Position numbers and translations under genes: made by a program. A stretch of 32,000 nt of DNA from Pseudomonas aeruginosa (lineage in GTDB: Bacteria > Pseudomonadota > Gammaproteobacteria > Pseudomonadales > Pseudomonadaceae), in contig NZ_LN831024.1 in the NCBI RefSeq assembly GCF_001457615.1, positions 1,890,001 through 1,922,000 on the forward strand, read 5' to 3'. The notes below the pieces were generated by a model. It was not told the origin of the DNA and searched no databases. It worked only from the letters and a program-made list of their open reading frames with translations. This document shows positions 8,215 through 19,133 of this stretch, in pieces; the first letter of the stretch is position 1; every line of letters starts with the position of its first letter.

Positions 8215-8892
8215 TCAGTGGCTGTAGTAGTAGCCGCGGCCGCGCAGGGCGAGGATGCGCGGGCTGCCGTCGGGGTGGCTGCCGAGCTTCTTGCGCAGGT
8301 TGCTGACGTGCATGTCCAGGCTGCGGTCGTAGAGGGTCAGCTTGCGGCCCAGCGCCAGTTGCGCCAGGGCCTGCTTGTCCAGCGGCTCGCCGGGCTGGCG
8401 CAGGAGCGCTTCGAGGATGCGGCTTTCGGAAAGGGTCAGGCTGATCTCCTGGCCGTCGATCTGCGCCACGCCGCGCGTCAGGTTCAGCGACAGGTCGCCC
8501 AGTTGCATCTGCGCGCTGGGTTGCGCCGGGTGGGTTCGCCGCAGCACGGCGCGCAGCCGTGCGGTGAGTTCGCGCGGGTCGCAGGGCTTGGCCAGGTAGT
8601 CGTCGGCGCCCAGTTCCAGACCGAGGATGCGGTCCAGCGGCTCGCCGCGGGCGGACAGCATCAGCACCGGCAGGTCGGGATGGTCGCCGCGCAGTTGCTT
8701 GAGCAGTTCCAGGCCGCTGCCGTCCGGCAGCATCACGTCGAGCACCACGGCATCCGGTGTCTGCTCGGCGAGGGCGCGACGGGCCTGGGCGCCGTCGTGG
8801 CTGGCACGCACGGAGAAACCTTCCTGGACCAGCCAGGTACCGAGCAGCTCGCAGAGCTCCCGGTCATCGTCGATCAACAGCAGTTCGCTCAT
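8215..8892 (-). CDS. cpxR: Two-component response regulator, OmpR family, CpxR-like
   Basis: 225 aa: ELLLIDDDRELCELLGTWL, VVLDVMLPDGSGLELLKQLR, LELGADDYLAKPCDPRELTARL receiver; C-terminal winged helix ending SNLRKKLGSHPDGSPRILALRGRGYYYSH. Confidence 0.92.
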   Translation of the reverse strand: MSELLLIDDDRELCELLGTWLVQEGFSVRASHDGAQARRALAEQTPDAVVLDVMLPDGSGLELLKQLRGDHPDLPVLMLSARGEPLDRILGLELGADDYLAKPCDPRELTARLRAVLRRTHPAQPSAQMQLGDLSLNLTRGVAQIDGQEISLTLSESRILEALLRQPGEPLDKQALAQLALGRKLTLYDRSLDMHVSNLRKKLGSHPDGSPRILALRGRGYYYSH

Positions 8893-8902
8893 CGAGTGTC
8901 GC

Positions 8903-9265
8903 TCAATTGATCCATTCGCGTCGCTGTCGCCGGCGGCCGCGGCTCAGGGCACCGAGGACGAACGCGAGCAGGGCCGTGGCGGCGCCGGCGACATACCAGG
9001 TCTGCTCTTCCGTGAGCAGCGGCGGTTGCCGCTGCGCCTGGGCCGCCTGCAGCTGCTCGCGCAACTGGCGGTTCTCCTGGCGCATACGACTGACCAGTTC
9101 GTCGCGCTGGCGTTCCGTTTCCACCAGGCGGCGCTCCAGTTCGGCGGTAGCCTGCGTAATGGAAGGCTGCGCGGCTGGAATCGGTGCCGGCGCGGGTTCC
9201 TCGGCCAGGGCCAGGGAAGCTCCCAGGCTCAGCAGCAGGCAATGGGCAGCGGATGGACGCATCAT
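8903..9265 (-). CDS. Small envelope protein: signal peptide, coiled coil, C-terminal TM helix and basic tail (resembles the C-terminal part of YgiM/TIGR04211-type proteins without an SH3 domain)
   Basis: MMRPSAAHCLLLSLGASLALAEEPAP...ITQATAELERRLVETERQRDELVSRMRQENRQLREQLQAAQ...TWYVAGAATALLAFVLGALSRGRRRQRREWIN. The internal ATG pair at 9262-9265 is more plausible than 9298. Confidence 0.6.
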   Translation of the reverse strand: MMRPSAAHCLLLSLGASLALAEEPAPAPIPAAQPSITQATAELERRLVETERQRDELVSRMRQENRQLREQLQAAQAQRQPPLLTEEQTWYVAGAATALLAFVLGALSRGRRRQRREWIN

Positions 9266-9440
9266 GACTCCTTGTACCGATGAAGCGACGGATTGCACTG
9301 TCTTCCGGTTCGCCCTTCCGGCTTGGCGAAAGCGCCGGGCCGGCCTGGTTGCGCTGCGGCGGGCACCGGAAAGCGGCGTCCGGTGCGAAAACGTTTGCCG
9401 GGAGGGCGACCGGGCCGGCCGCCGGTACCCGGCGACTGCC

Positions 9441-9740
9441 TCAGGGCAGGACTTTCTTGAACGGCTTGACCACCACCTCGGCGTACACCCCGGCGGCCCG
9501 GTAGGGATCGGCCTCGGCCCAGCTCTGCGCCGCGGCCAGCGAATCGAATTCGGCGACGATCAGGCTGCCGGTGAAGCCGGCGGCGCCCGGGTCGTTGCTG
9601 TCGATCGCCGGGTGCGGGCCGGCGAGTACCAGGCGGCCTTCTTCCTTCAGCTGTTCGAGACGGGCCAGGTGGGCCGGGCGGCTGGCCAGGCGGCGTTCCT
9701 GGGAAGCGGGGATGTCACGGGCGATGATCGCGTAGAGCAT
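9441..9740 (-). CDS. yciI: YciI-family protein
   Basis: [44 protein letters not shown]...[37 protein letters not shown], typical YciI. Confidence 0.88.
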   Translation of the reverse strand: MLYAIIARDIPASQERRLASRPAHLARLEQLKEEGRLVLAGPHPAIDSNDPGAAGFTGSLIVAEFDSLAAAQSWAEADPYRAAGVYAEVVVKPFKKVLP

Positions 9741-9741
9741 G

Positions 9742-10329
9742 TCAGTCCTTGGGCTTTTCGCCGGTATCGGCGTCGTGCAGGTGGCGAGCCAGGAACAGGC
9801 CCTGGCCGATCAGGAACAGCAAGGTCATGCCGAGGCTGCCGAACACCTTGAAGTCCACCCAGAAGTTCGGATAGGTGAAGACCACGTACAGGTTGGCGAA
9901 GCCGCACACCAGGAAGAACACCACCCAGGCGATGTTCAGGCGCACCCAGAGGCCCTGCGGCAACTGGATGGCATGGCCCATGATGCGCTGGATCATCGGC
10001 TTGTCGCCGATGAAGTGACTGCCGGCGAAGGCCAGGGCGAACAGCCAGTTGACCAGCGGCGCCTTCCATTTGAGGAAGGTGTCCTCGTGGAAGGCCAGGG
10101 TCAGGCCGCCGAGGACCAGGCAGGCGCCGAGGGTGAACCACTGGCTCTTTTCCAGGTGGCGGTGCTTGAGCCAGAGGGCGCCGTAGACGATCACCGAGGC
10201 GAGGATCAGGGTCGCGGTCGCGCCGTAGATGCCACTCAGATTGAACCCGGCGAACTCGACGTTCTGAGGGTCTATCTTGTAGACGATGAAGAACAGGATC
10301 AGTGGGATGAAATCGATGAATTGCTTCAT
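9742..10329 (-). CDS. yciB: Inner membrane septation protein A (YciB/IspZ)
   Basis: [19 protein letters not shown]...[27 protein letters not shown]...[42 protein letters not shown]. Confidence 0.93.
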   Translation of the reverse strand: MKQFIDFIPLILFFIVYKIDPQNVEFAGFNLSGIYGATATLILASVIVYGALWLKHRHLEKSQWFTLGACLVLGGLTLAFHEDTFLKWKAPLVNWLFALAFAGSHFIGDKPMIQRIMGHAIQLPQGLWVRLNIAWVVFFLVCGFANLYVVFTYPNFWVDFKVFGSLGMTLLFLIGQGLFLARHLHDADTGEKPKD

Positions 10330-10544
10330 GGTGGCAGTCAGGACACGGTTGAAACGGCATAATAGCAACCTCTGGATGTTCTGAAACAGTCATCCTGTCT
10401 TTCCGAATGCGTCAGGCCTGTGCCGCAGGCGCATTCGCCAGGTGGAGCAGGCTCCCCGGACCCATGAACGGTACGTCTCGATACCGCGAGGCAGCGAATC
10501 GGCGTTGCTTCATCACCATTCTTCACTGGAATCAGGATTCAGCC

Positions 10545-11432
10545 ATGCGTGTCGATCTGCATTGCCACAGTACCGCCTCCGATGGCGTGCTCGCGCCCGC
10601 CGCCCTGGTGCAGCGGGCCCACGAGAAAGGCGTCGGGCTGCTGGCGCTGACCGACCACGACACCCTGGAAGGCCTGCCGGAAGCCCACCAGGCGGCCGCT
10701 CGACTCGGTATCGAACTGGTCAACGGTATCGAGCTGTCCTGCACCTGGGGCGGTGCCACCATTCATGTGCTGGGCTACGGTTTCGACCTCGACGCCGCTC
10801 CCCTGCGCCAGGCGACCGAAGCCCTGCACCGGGGCCGCTGGGCGCGCGCCGAGGAAATCGACCGGCGGCTTGCGGCCAAGGGTATGCCCGGTGCGCTGGA
10901 GGGCGCGCGGGCGATCCAGCGGGCCCTGGGCGACAGCGGCAACGCGCCGGCGCGGCCGCATTTCGCCGAGTTCCTGGTCCAGGGCGGCTGGGTCAAGGAT
11001 CGCGCCGACGCGTTCCGCAAGTGGCTGGGGGCCGGCAAGCTGGGAGACGTCAAGCAGCACTGGCCGACCCTGGAGGAAGTGGTCGGCTGCCTGCGCGAGG
11101 CGCGCGCCTGGATCAGCCTGGCGCACCCGTATCATTATGATTTCACCCGGACCAAGCGCCGGCGCCTGGTCGCCGACTTTCTCCAGGCCGGCGGACACGC
11201 CATCGAGGTGGTCAATGGCGTGCAGCCGGCCGAACAGGTCGGTACCCTGTCGATCCTGGCCCGCGAGTTCGGCCTGATGGTCACCGCCGGCAGCGATTTC
11301 CACGCGCCGGGCGACTGGTCCGAACTGGGCATGTACCGTGCGGTTCCAGAGGACCTTCCGGCCATGTGGCCGCGTTTCGCCAGGCATTTTCGCGATACCG
11401 AACGTCATTCCGAAGCCAAGGGGGCCGAATGA
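10545..11432 (+). CDS. rnm: PHP-domain phosphoesterase (RNase AM / nucleoside bisphosphate phosphatase, YciV/TrpH-like)
   Basis: MRVDLHCHSTASDGVLAPAALVQRAHEKGVGLLALTDHDTLEG ... ISLAHPYHYDFTRTKRRRLVADF ... VTAGSDFHAPG; PHP metal ligands present. Confidence 0.88.
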   Translation: MRVDLHCHSTASDGVLAPAALVQRAHEKGVGLLALTDHDTLEGLPEAHQAAARLGIELVNGIELSCTWGGATIHVLGYGFDLDAAPLRQATEALHRGRWARAEEIDRRLAAKGMPGALEGARAIQRALGDSGNAPARPHFAEFLVQGGWVKDRADAFRKWLGAGKLGDVKQHWPTLEEVVGCLREARAWISLAHPYHYDFTRTKRRRLVADFLQAGGHAIEVVNGVQPAEQVGTLSILAREFGLMVTAGSDFHAPGDWSELGMYRAVPEDLPAMWPRFARHFRDTERHSEAKGAE

Positions 11433-12058
11433 GCCAGTTCTTCCAGATCCATCCGGAAAATCCCCAGCCGCGGCTGGTCAAGCAGGCGGTGGAAATTGTC
11501 CGCCAGGGTGGGGTGATCGTCTATCCCACCGACTCGTCCTATGCCCTGGGCTGCCGCATCGGCGAAAAGACCGCGGTGGATCGCATCCGCCGCATCCGCC
11601 AACTGGACGACAAGCACAACTTCACCCTGGTCTGCCGCGACCTTTCCGAGCTGGGCGTCTATGCCAAGGTCGACACCGGCCTGTTCCGCCTGCTCAAGGC
11701 GCACACCCCCGGTCCCTACACCTTCATCCTCAGCGCCACCCGCGAGGTGCCGCGCATGCTCCTGCACCCCAAGCGCCGCACCATCGGCCTGCGCGTGCCG
11801 AACTGTCCGATCGCCCGGGCGCTGCTGGAGGAACTGGGCGAACCGCTGATGAGCGTGAGCCTGATCATGCCCGGCAGAGGCGAGCCACTGAACGATCCCT
11901 ATGAAATGCGCCAGGTACTGGAACACCAGGTCGACCTGATCGTGGACGGGGGCTATGGCGGCGGCGAGGCCTCCACCGTGATCAGCCTGACCGACACCGA
12001 TCCCGAAGTGATCCGCGTGGGTTGCGGCGATCCGGCGCCGTTCATGCAGCCGGCCTGA
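11429..12058 (+). CDS. yciO: YciO/Sua5-family L-threonylcarbamoyladenylate synthase-like protein
   Basis: MSQFFQIHPENPQPRLVKQAVEIVRQGGVIVYPTDSSYALGCRIGEKTAVDRIRRIR... ATGA overlap with the upstream gene. Confidence 0.9.
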   Translation: MSQFFQIHPENPQPRLVKQAVEIVRQGGVIVYPTDSSYALGCRIGEKTAVDRIRRIRQLDDKHNFTLVCRDLSELGVYAKVDTGLFRLLKAHTPGPYTFILSATREVPRMLLHPKRRTIGLRVPNCPIARALLEELGEPLMSVSLIMPGRGEPLNDPYEMRQVLEHQVDLIVDGGYGGGEASTVISLTDTDPEVIRVGCGDPAPFMQPA

Positions 12059-12092
12059 GCGCCGCCCGAATCCGCCCACCACGAGCCTAGCG

Positions 12093-12983
12093 ATGCAGGA
12101 CGATAACCCGGCCAACGCCGACACCCCTCCAGCCGAACCCGCCGCCGAGCGGGTGCCGCTGCAACTGGCGCTGGTCTACGGCGAGGCGGTCACCGAGCTG
12201 CCGCAGGACCTCTATATCCCGCCGGACGCGCTGGAGGTCTTCCTCGAGGCCTTCGAGGGCCCGCTCGACCTGCTGCTATACCTGATCCGCAAGCAGAACA
12301 TCGACATCCTGGATATCCCGGTGGCGGAAATCACCCGCCAGTACATGGGCTATGTCGAGCTGATGAAGGCGGTGCGCCTGGAGCTGGCCGCCGAGTACCT
12401 GGTGATGGCGGCGATGCTGGCGGAGATCAAGTCGCGCATGTTGCTGCCGCGCTCGGCGGAAGCCGAGGAGGAAGAGGAAGATCCACGGGCCGAGCTGATC
12501 CGCCGCCTGCAGGAGTACGAACGGTTCAAGAAGGCCGCCGAAGACCTCGACGAACTGCCCCGGGTCGGCCGCGACGTGCTGGTGCCGGCGGTGGCTGCTC
12601 CCGAGGCGCGGGCGCGCAAGCTGCTGCCGGAGCTGGCGCTGCAGGAGCTGATGCTGGTGATGGGCGAGATGCTGCGCCGCGCCGACCTGTTCGAGAGCCA
12701 CCAGGTGACCCGCGAGGTACTGTCCACCCGCGAACGCATGAGCGAAGTGCTGGAGCGCCTGAAAGGCGGCGCCTTCGTGCCCTTCATCCAGTTGTTCACC
12801 CTGGAGGAGGGCAAGCTCGGCGTGGTGGTCACCTTCATGGCGATCCTCGAACTGGTCAAGGAGCAGATGGTGGAACTGGTGCAGAACGAGGCTTTCGGCG
12901 CCATCCATGTGCGCCTGCGGATAGCCCGCGAAGCGGAGGAAGGCGAAACCCTGGAGGAAGCCCTGGAAGACGATTTCGAGTGA
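12093..12983 (+). CDS. scpA: Segregation and condensation protein A
   Basis: FEGPLDLLLYLIRKQNIDILDIPVAEITRQYMGYVELMKAVRLELAAEYLVMAAMLAEIKSRMLLP: ScpA hallmark. Confidence 0.93.
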   Translation: MQDDNPANADTPPAEPAAERVPLQLALVYGEAVTELPQDLYIPPDALEVFLEAFEGPLDLLLYLIRKQNIDILDIPVAEITRQYMGYVELMKAVRLELAAEYLVMAAMLAEIKSRMLLPRSAEAEEEEEDPRAELIRRLQEYERFKKAAEDLDELPRVGRDVLVPAVAAPEARARKLLPELALQELMLVMGEMLRRADLFESHQVTREVLSTRERMSEVLERLKGGAFVPFIQLFTLEEGKLGVVVTFMAILELVKEQMVELVQNEAFGAIHVRLRIAREAEEGETLEEALEDDFE

Positions 12984-13127
12984 GCGCGCCGCGCCGCTGG
13001 CCATTCGTCCCCCTGCGGACGGTCGCCTTTTCCGAGCTTCCGGCTTCGCTCCCTGCCGTGGCCTGTTAAGCTGCATGCCCGATTCCGCTATCTTTCCCTC
13101 TTCCTGGCTCCGGTATCCGTTGCGACG

Positions 13128-14126
13128 ATGAACCTGTCCGATCCCCACGAACTCGCCACCCTGCTCGAAGGCATCCTCCTCGCGGCCGGCAAGCCGCTGT
13201 CGCTGGAACGCCTGGCTGAGCTGTTCGACGAGGCAGAGCGGCCGGAGCCGGGGCAGTTCCGCGACGCCCTGGCGATCCTGGCACTGTCCTGCGCAGGGCG
13301 CTCCTTCGAGCTGAAGGAAGTCGCGTCCGGGTATCGCCTGCAGATTCGCGAGCGTTTCTCGCCGTGGGTCGGCCGCCTCTGGGAGGAGCGTCCGCAGCGC
13401 TATTCGCGCGCGCTGCTGGAAACCCTGGTGCTGATCGCCTACCGCCAGCCGATCACCCGTGGCGAGATCGAGGAGATCCGCGGCGTGGCGGTGAACACCC
13501 AGATCGTCAAGACGCTGATGGAGCGGGAGTGGATCCGCATCGTTGGCTACCGCGAGGTGCCGGGGCGCCCGGCGATGCTGGCGACTACCAAGGCGTTCCT
13601 CGATTATTTCAACCTGAAGAGCCTCGACGAGCTGCCGCCGCTGTCGGCGCTGCGCGAGATGGAGCCCGAGCCGGAACCGCCGGTCGAAGTGGCGCCCGCG
13701 GCGCAGCCGCCGCGCGACGATCTCGACGAGGATGCGATTCCTGCCTCGATCCAGGCCCTGGCCGATCGCGCCATCGCCGAGGCCGGGGAAAGCCTCGAGG
13801 AGATCGAGGGGGAGGCCGGCGAGCCGGAGAAGCCGCGCGAGGAAACCAGCTTCCGCAGCCTGCTGCTGGAACTGGACGAGATGGAGCAGGGCCTGAAGAC
13901 CGACTTCGACGACCTGCTCGACCCTCCGGAGCCCTCGGAGCAGGGCGACGAGTCCGCCGAGCCAGCGGCTGGGCCGATTCCCGTGGTCGCGGAGCAAGCC
14001 GTCGAGCCTGCCGTCGCGGAGGCTGTCGCGGGCGCCGATCCCGATGACGAAGAGCGCGCCCTGGCGGAGGCCATGCGCGAGGAGCGCGAGGCACTGGACG
14101 CCGACGACGACTGGCCGCGCCGCTGA
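13128..14126 (+). CDS. scpB: Segregation and condensation protein B with long acidic C-terminal extension
   Basis: ELATLLEGILLAAGKPLSLERLAELF...VGRLWEERPQRYSRALLETLVLIAYRQPITRGEIEEIRGVAVNTQIVKTLMEREWIRIVGYREVPGRPAMLATTKAFLDYFNLKSLDELPPL. Confidence 0.93.
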   Translation: MNLSDPHELATLLEGILLAAGKPLSLERLAELFDEAERPEPGQFRDALAILALSCAGRSFELKEVASGYRLQIRERFSPWVGRLWEERPQRYSRALLETLVLIAYRQPITRGEIEEIRGVAVNTQIVKTLMEREWIRIVGYREVPGRPAMLATTKAFLDYFNLKSLDELPPLSALREMEPEPEPPVEVAPAAQPPRDDLDEDAIPASIQALADRAIAEAGESLEEIEGEAGEPEKPREETSFRSLLLELDEMEQGLKTDFDDLLDPPEPSEQGDESAEPAAGPIPVVAEQAVEPAVAEAVAGADPDDEERALAEAMREEREALDADDDWPRR

Positions 14127-14206
14127 CCGTCGTTCCACCCTGTAGAATTCATCCGGCCGCGCCGGCGAGGCCGGCCCGCTCCGTTTCATCGACCCTGGAA
14201 CTCCCC

Positions 14207-14737
14207 ATGAAAGAGACCCTGAACGAACTGATCACACTCATCAGCACCGGCTGCATGGGCGCCGAGGAGATCCGGCGGATCGCCGACGAGGCGGCCCAGG
14301 CCTACGCCGATCCGGCAGGGTTCCTCGCCGCCAACCCGGACATCAACTACGACGACAGCTTCCCGATCCCGCTCGGCGAGTGGGTGGTGGTCGGTAGCCT
14401 GCCGGATATCGTGCTGTTCCAGGCCGACACCTATGCCGAGCTGTTCGCCCGGATCGTCGCCTCCTTCGGCAAGGACGTGGCGTTCAACATCAAGCCGAAG
14501 CAGTTGCTCAAGACCGAGCCGCTGGTCGCCCTCAACCGTATCCAGGTGCAACTGAGCAGCATGTATCCGGAAAAGGGCGGTTACGTGCTGGTGGATTTCA
14601 GCGAGCCGCTGGACGACGAGTTGCAGGCGGTGCTGGTCTATACCCAGGACCTGCCGCGGGTCATGGCGCTCTGCGTCGAGGCCGGCATCTATGCCGCGCC
14701 TGCCTACGAAAGCCTGCGCGACGCCGAGGCCGAGTGA
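14207..14737 (+). CDS. Conserved hypothetical protein of unknown function
   Basis: 176-aa ORF MKETLNELITLISTGCMGAEEIRRIADEAAQAYADPAGFLAANPDINYDDSFPIPLGEWVVVG..., downstream of scpB in the same direction. Confidence 0.75.
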   Translation: MKETLNELITLISTGCMGAEEIRRIADEAAQAYADPAGFLAANPDINYDDSFPIPLGEWVVVGSLPDIVLFQADTYAELFARIVASFGKDVAFNIKPKQLLKTEPLVALNRIQVQLSSMYPEKGGYVLVDFSEPLDDELQAVLVYTQDLPRVMALCVEAGIYAAPAYESLRDAEAE

Positions 14738-14851
14738 CCGCGGGCCGCTCGATCGGCCCGATAGTCATTCCCTCCTGGACGCCGGCCCGCCGCCTGTCGT
14801 GAAGTGACGGGCGAGGACCGGTTGCGGTCCGCGCCGAAAAAGGGGGAACGC

Positions 14852-15034
14852 TTGAAAAGTCCTTGCATCAATATCTGTGAGTTCGATGCCGACGTGTGCC
14901 GTGGCTGCGGGCGTACGCGCCAGGAAATCCGTGCCTGGAAGCGCGCGGACAAGGCCGAGCAGCGACTGATCCTCGCCGAGGCCGACCTGCGCCTGCTGGC
15001 GTTGCAGGCGCGCGGTCGGCGCAAGTTCCGCTGA
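14852..15034 (+). CDS. DUF1289 family small Cys-containing protein
   Basis: (TTG start after AGGGGGAA) LKSPCINICEFDADVCRGCGRTRQEIRAWKRADKAEQRLILAEADLRL: DUF1289 pattern CxxxC...CxGCxRT. Confidence 0.75.
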   Translation: MKSPCINICEFDADVCRGCGRTRQEIRAWKRADKAEQRLILAEADLRLLALQARGRRKFR

Positions 15035-15040
15035 GGCGCG

Positions 15041-16045
15041 TCAGTCGCGGGCGGCGGCCAGCGCCAGGGCGCTGTCCAGCATGCGGTTGGAGAAGCCCCA
15101 CTCGTTGTCGTACCAGGCCATCGCCTTGACCAGCCGGCCGCTGACCTTGGTGTGGTTGGCGTCGAAGATCGACGAGCGCAGGTCGTGATTGAAATCCACC
15201 GACACCAGCGGCTGGGTGTTGTAGCCGAGCACCGGAGAGCCCTCGCTGGCCTCGCGCAGCAGGCGGTTGACCTCGTCTACGCTGGTATCCCGGGCCACCT
15301 GCACGGTGAGATCGACCAGCGACACGTTGATCACCGGCACCCGCACCGCCAGCCCGGTAAGCTTGCCGGCGAGTTCCGGCAGGACCAGGCCGACCGCCTC
15401 GGCGGCGCCGGTCTTGGTGGGGATCATCGACTGGGTCGCCGAACGTGCGCGGTACAGGTCCGGGTGGTACACGTCGGAGAGGTTCTGGTCGTTGGTGTAG
15501 GCATGGATGGTGGTCATCAGGCCGTGCTCGATGCCCAGCTCGCGATGCAGCACCTGGGCCACCGGTGCCAGGCAGTTGGTGGTGCAGGAGGCGTTCGAGA
15601 CGATCCGATGGGAGGCGCGCAGCACCTCGTGGTTGACGCCGTAGACCACGGTGGCGTCGACGTCCTTGCCGGGCGCCGAGATCAGCACCTTGCCGGCGCC
15701 GGCCTGCAGGTGGGCAGCGGCTTTGTCGCGGCTGGTGAAGAGCCCCGTGCACTCGAGCACGATGTCCACGCCGAGGCTCTTCCAGGGCAGTTCCGCCGGG
15801 TTGCGGATGGCGCTGACGGCGATGCGGTCGCCCATCACCCGCAGGCTTTCGGCATCGTGCTCGACCTCGCCGGGAAAGCGTCCATGGACGCTGTCGTACT
15901 GGAACAGGTGAGCGTTGACCGCGGCGTCGCCGAGGTCATTGATCGCCACTACCTGCAACTGTTCGCGGTAGTGGCCGGTATACAGGGCGCGAAGAACGTT
16001 TCGGCCGATGCGACCGAAGCCGTTGATGGCCAGGCGGATAGTCAT
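15041..16045 (-). CDS. gapA: Glyceraldehyde-3-phosphate dehydrogenase, type I
   Basis: [22 protein letters not shown]...[18 protein letters not shown]...[34 protein letters not shown]...[14 protein letters not shown]. Confidence 0.95.
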   Translation of the reverse strand: MTIRLAINGFGRIGRNVLRALYTGHYREQLQVVAINDLGDAAVNAHLFQYDSVHGRFPGEVEHDAESLRVMGDRIAVSAIRNPAELPWKSLGVDIVLECTGLFTSRDKAAAHLQAGAGKVLISAPGKDVDATVVYGVNHEVLRASHRIVSNASCTTNCLAPVAQVLHRELGIEHGLMTTIHAYTNDQNLSDVYHPDLYRARSATQSMIPTKTGAAEAVGLVLPELAGKLTGLAVRVPVINVSLVDLTVQVARDTSVDEVNRLLREASEGSPVLGYNTQPLVSVDFNHDLRSSIFDANHTKVSGRLVKAMAWYDNEWGFSNRMLDSALALAAARD

Positions 16046-16072
16046 AATGAGGTCGTCTCTTTTCTATTGTTG

Positions 16073-16084
16073 TGGTAAAAACCA
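16073..16084. promoter_or_regulatory. Inverted repeat TGGT-AAAA-ACCA in the gapA promoter region, candidate regulator (HexR-like) half of a double operator
   Basis: Seen directly between gapA and edd; lies just downstream of a possible gapA promoter (minus strand TTTACT-17-TGTAAT). Confidence 0.35.
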
Positions 16085-16132
16085 TTACATTTCGTCCAGA
16101 AAGAAAAGTAAACATCCTTCAACCGATGATTA

Positions 16133-16148
16133 TGTTGTAAAAACAACA
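16133..16148. promoter_or_regulatory. HexR-like palindrome TGTTGT-AAAA-ACAACA upstream of edd
   Basis: Perfect 6-bp arms; with following bases gives TTGT-N7-ACAA, matching the described pseudomonad HexR operator form. 27 bp upstream of the edd start. Confidence 0.6.
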
Positions 16149-16174
16149 ATTGATAGTCTGTAGGAGAATCTGCC

Positions 16175-18001
<1,827 letters not shown>

Positions 18002-18103
18002 TTCTGATAGGTCGATATCCGCCGGCGCTTGGCTGGCGGCTGTCTCTCCGGCAACATCTGCCGACCGTCCCGCCCTGGCGCGGGGCATTGCGGTTCAACG
18101 ACG

Positions 18104-19099
18104 ATGAATAACGACAACAAGAGAAGCGCCGGCGGCCTCGGCCTGGTCGGCGATATCGGCGGCACCAATGCGCGTTTCGCGCTCTGGCGCGGGCAGCGCC
18201 TGGAATCCATCGAGGTGCTCGCCTGCGCCGACTACCCGCGGCCTGAACTGGCCGTGCGCGACTACCTGGCGCGGATCGGCGAATCGGTGGCGAACATCGA
18301 CTCGGTCTGCCTGGCCTGCGCCGGTCCGGTCGGGGCGGCCGATTTCCGTTTCACCAACAACCACTGGGTGATCAATCGTGCCGCGTTCCGCGAGGAGCTG
18401 GGGCTGGATCACCTGCTGCTGGTCAACGACTTCAGCACCATGGCCTGGGCCGCCTCGCGGCTAGGTGCGGACGAGCTGGTGCAGGTCCGCGCCGGCAGCG
18501 CCCAGGCGGATCGCGCCCGGCTGATCATCGGTCCCGGCACCGGCCTTGGCGTCGGCAGCCTGCTGCCGCTGGGCGGGGGACGTTGGGAAGTGCTGCCCTG
18601 CGAGGGCGGGCACGTCGACCTGCCGGTCACTTCGCCGCGCGACTTCGCGCTCTGGCAGGGCCTGCAGGCGCGCTACGGACATGTCTCCGCCGAGCGCGCA
18701 CTGTCCGGCAACGGCCTGCTCGCCCTCTATGAAATCAGCTGTGCCCTGGACGGGGTCGCCGTACGCGCGAGCAGTGCGGCGGAAGTCGGTGCCCTGGCCA
18801 TGGCCGGCGACGCCCAGGCGGACGCCGTGCTGGAGCACTTCTTCCTGTGGCTGGCGCGGGTCGCCGGCAACGCGGTGCTCACCGTCGGCGCGCTCGGTGG
18901 CGTCTACATTACCGGCGGCATCGTCCCGCGTTTCCTCGAGCGTTTCATCGCCAGCGGCTTCGCCGAGGCCTTCGCCAGCCGTGGCAAGACTAGCGGCGCT
19001 TACCTGCAGGACGTACCGGTGTGGGTCATGACCGCCGAACATCCGGGCCTGCTCGGCGCCGGGGTCGCCCTGCAGCAGGCCCTGGACGCCGAGGGCTGA
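18104..19099 (+). CDS. glk: Glucokinase
   Basis: [49 protein letters not shown]...[15 protein letters not shown]...[11 protein letters not shown]...[11 protein letters not shown]. Confidence 0.93.
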   Translation: MNNDNKRSAGGLGLVGDIGGTNARFALWRGQRLESIEVLACADYPRPELAVRDYLARIGESVANIDSVCLACAGPVGAADFRFTNNHWVINRAAFREELGLDHLLLVNDFSTMAWAASRLGADELVQVRAGSAQADRARLIIGPGTGLGVGSLLPLGGGRWEVLPCEGGHVDLPVTSPRDFALWQGLQARYGHVSAERALSGNGLLALYEISCALDGVAVRASSAAEVGALAMAGDAQADAVLEHFFLWLARVAGNAVLTVGALGGVYITGGIVPRFLERFIASGFAEAFASRGKTSGAYLQDVPVWVMTAEHPGLLGAGVALQQALDAEG

Positions 19100-19133
19100 G
19101 TCGGCGTCGAGCAACCGCATAAGGAGGAGCCTC

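Noticed and set aside
9364-9385. CACCGGA-N8-TCCGGTG hairpin between yciI and the coiled-coil gene as a terminator
   Set aside because: Short stem, no U-tract on either strand; expected by chance at this GC content.
12276-14189. 637-aa minus-strand ORF antisense to scpA/scpB
   Set aside because: Mirror frame of two strongly conserved genes in high-GC DNA; composition (poly H/R/L/Q) is typical of antisense artefacts.
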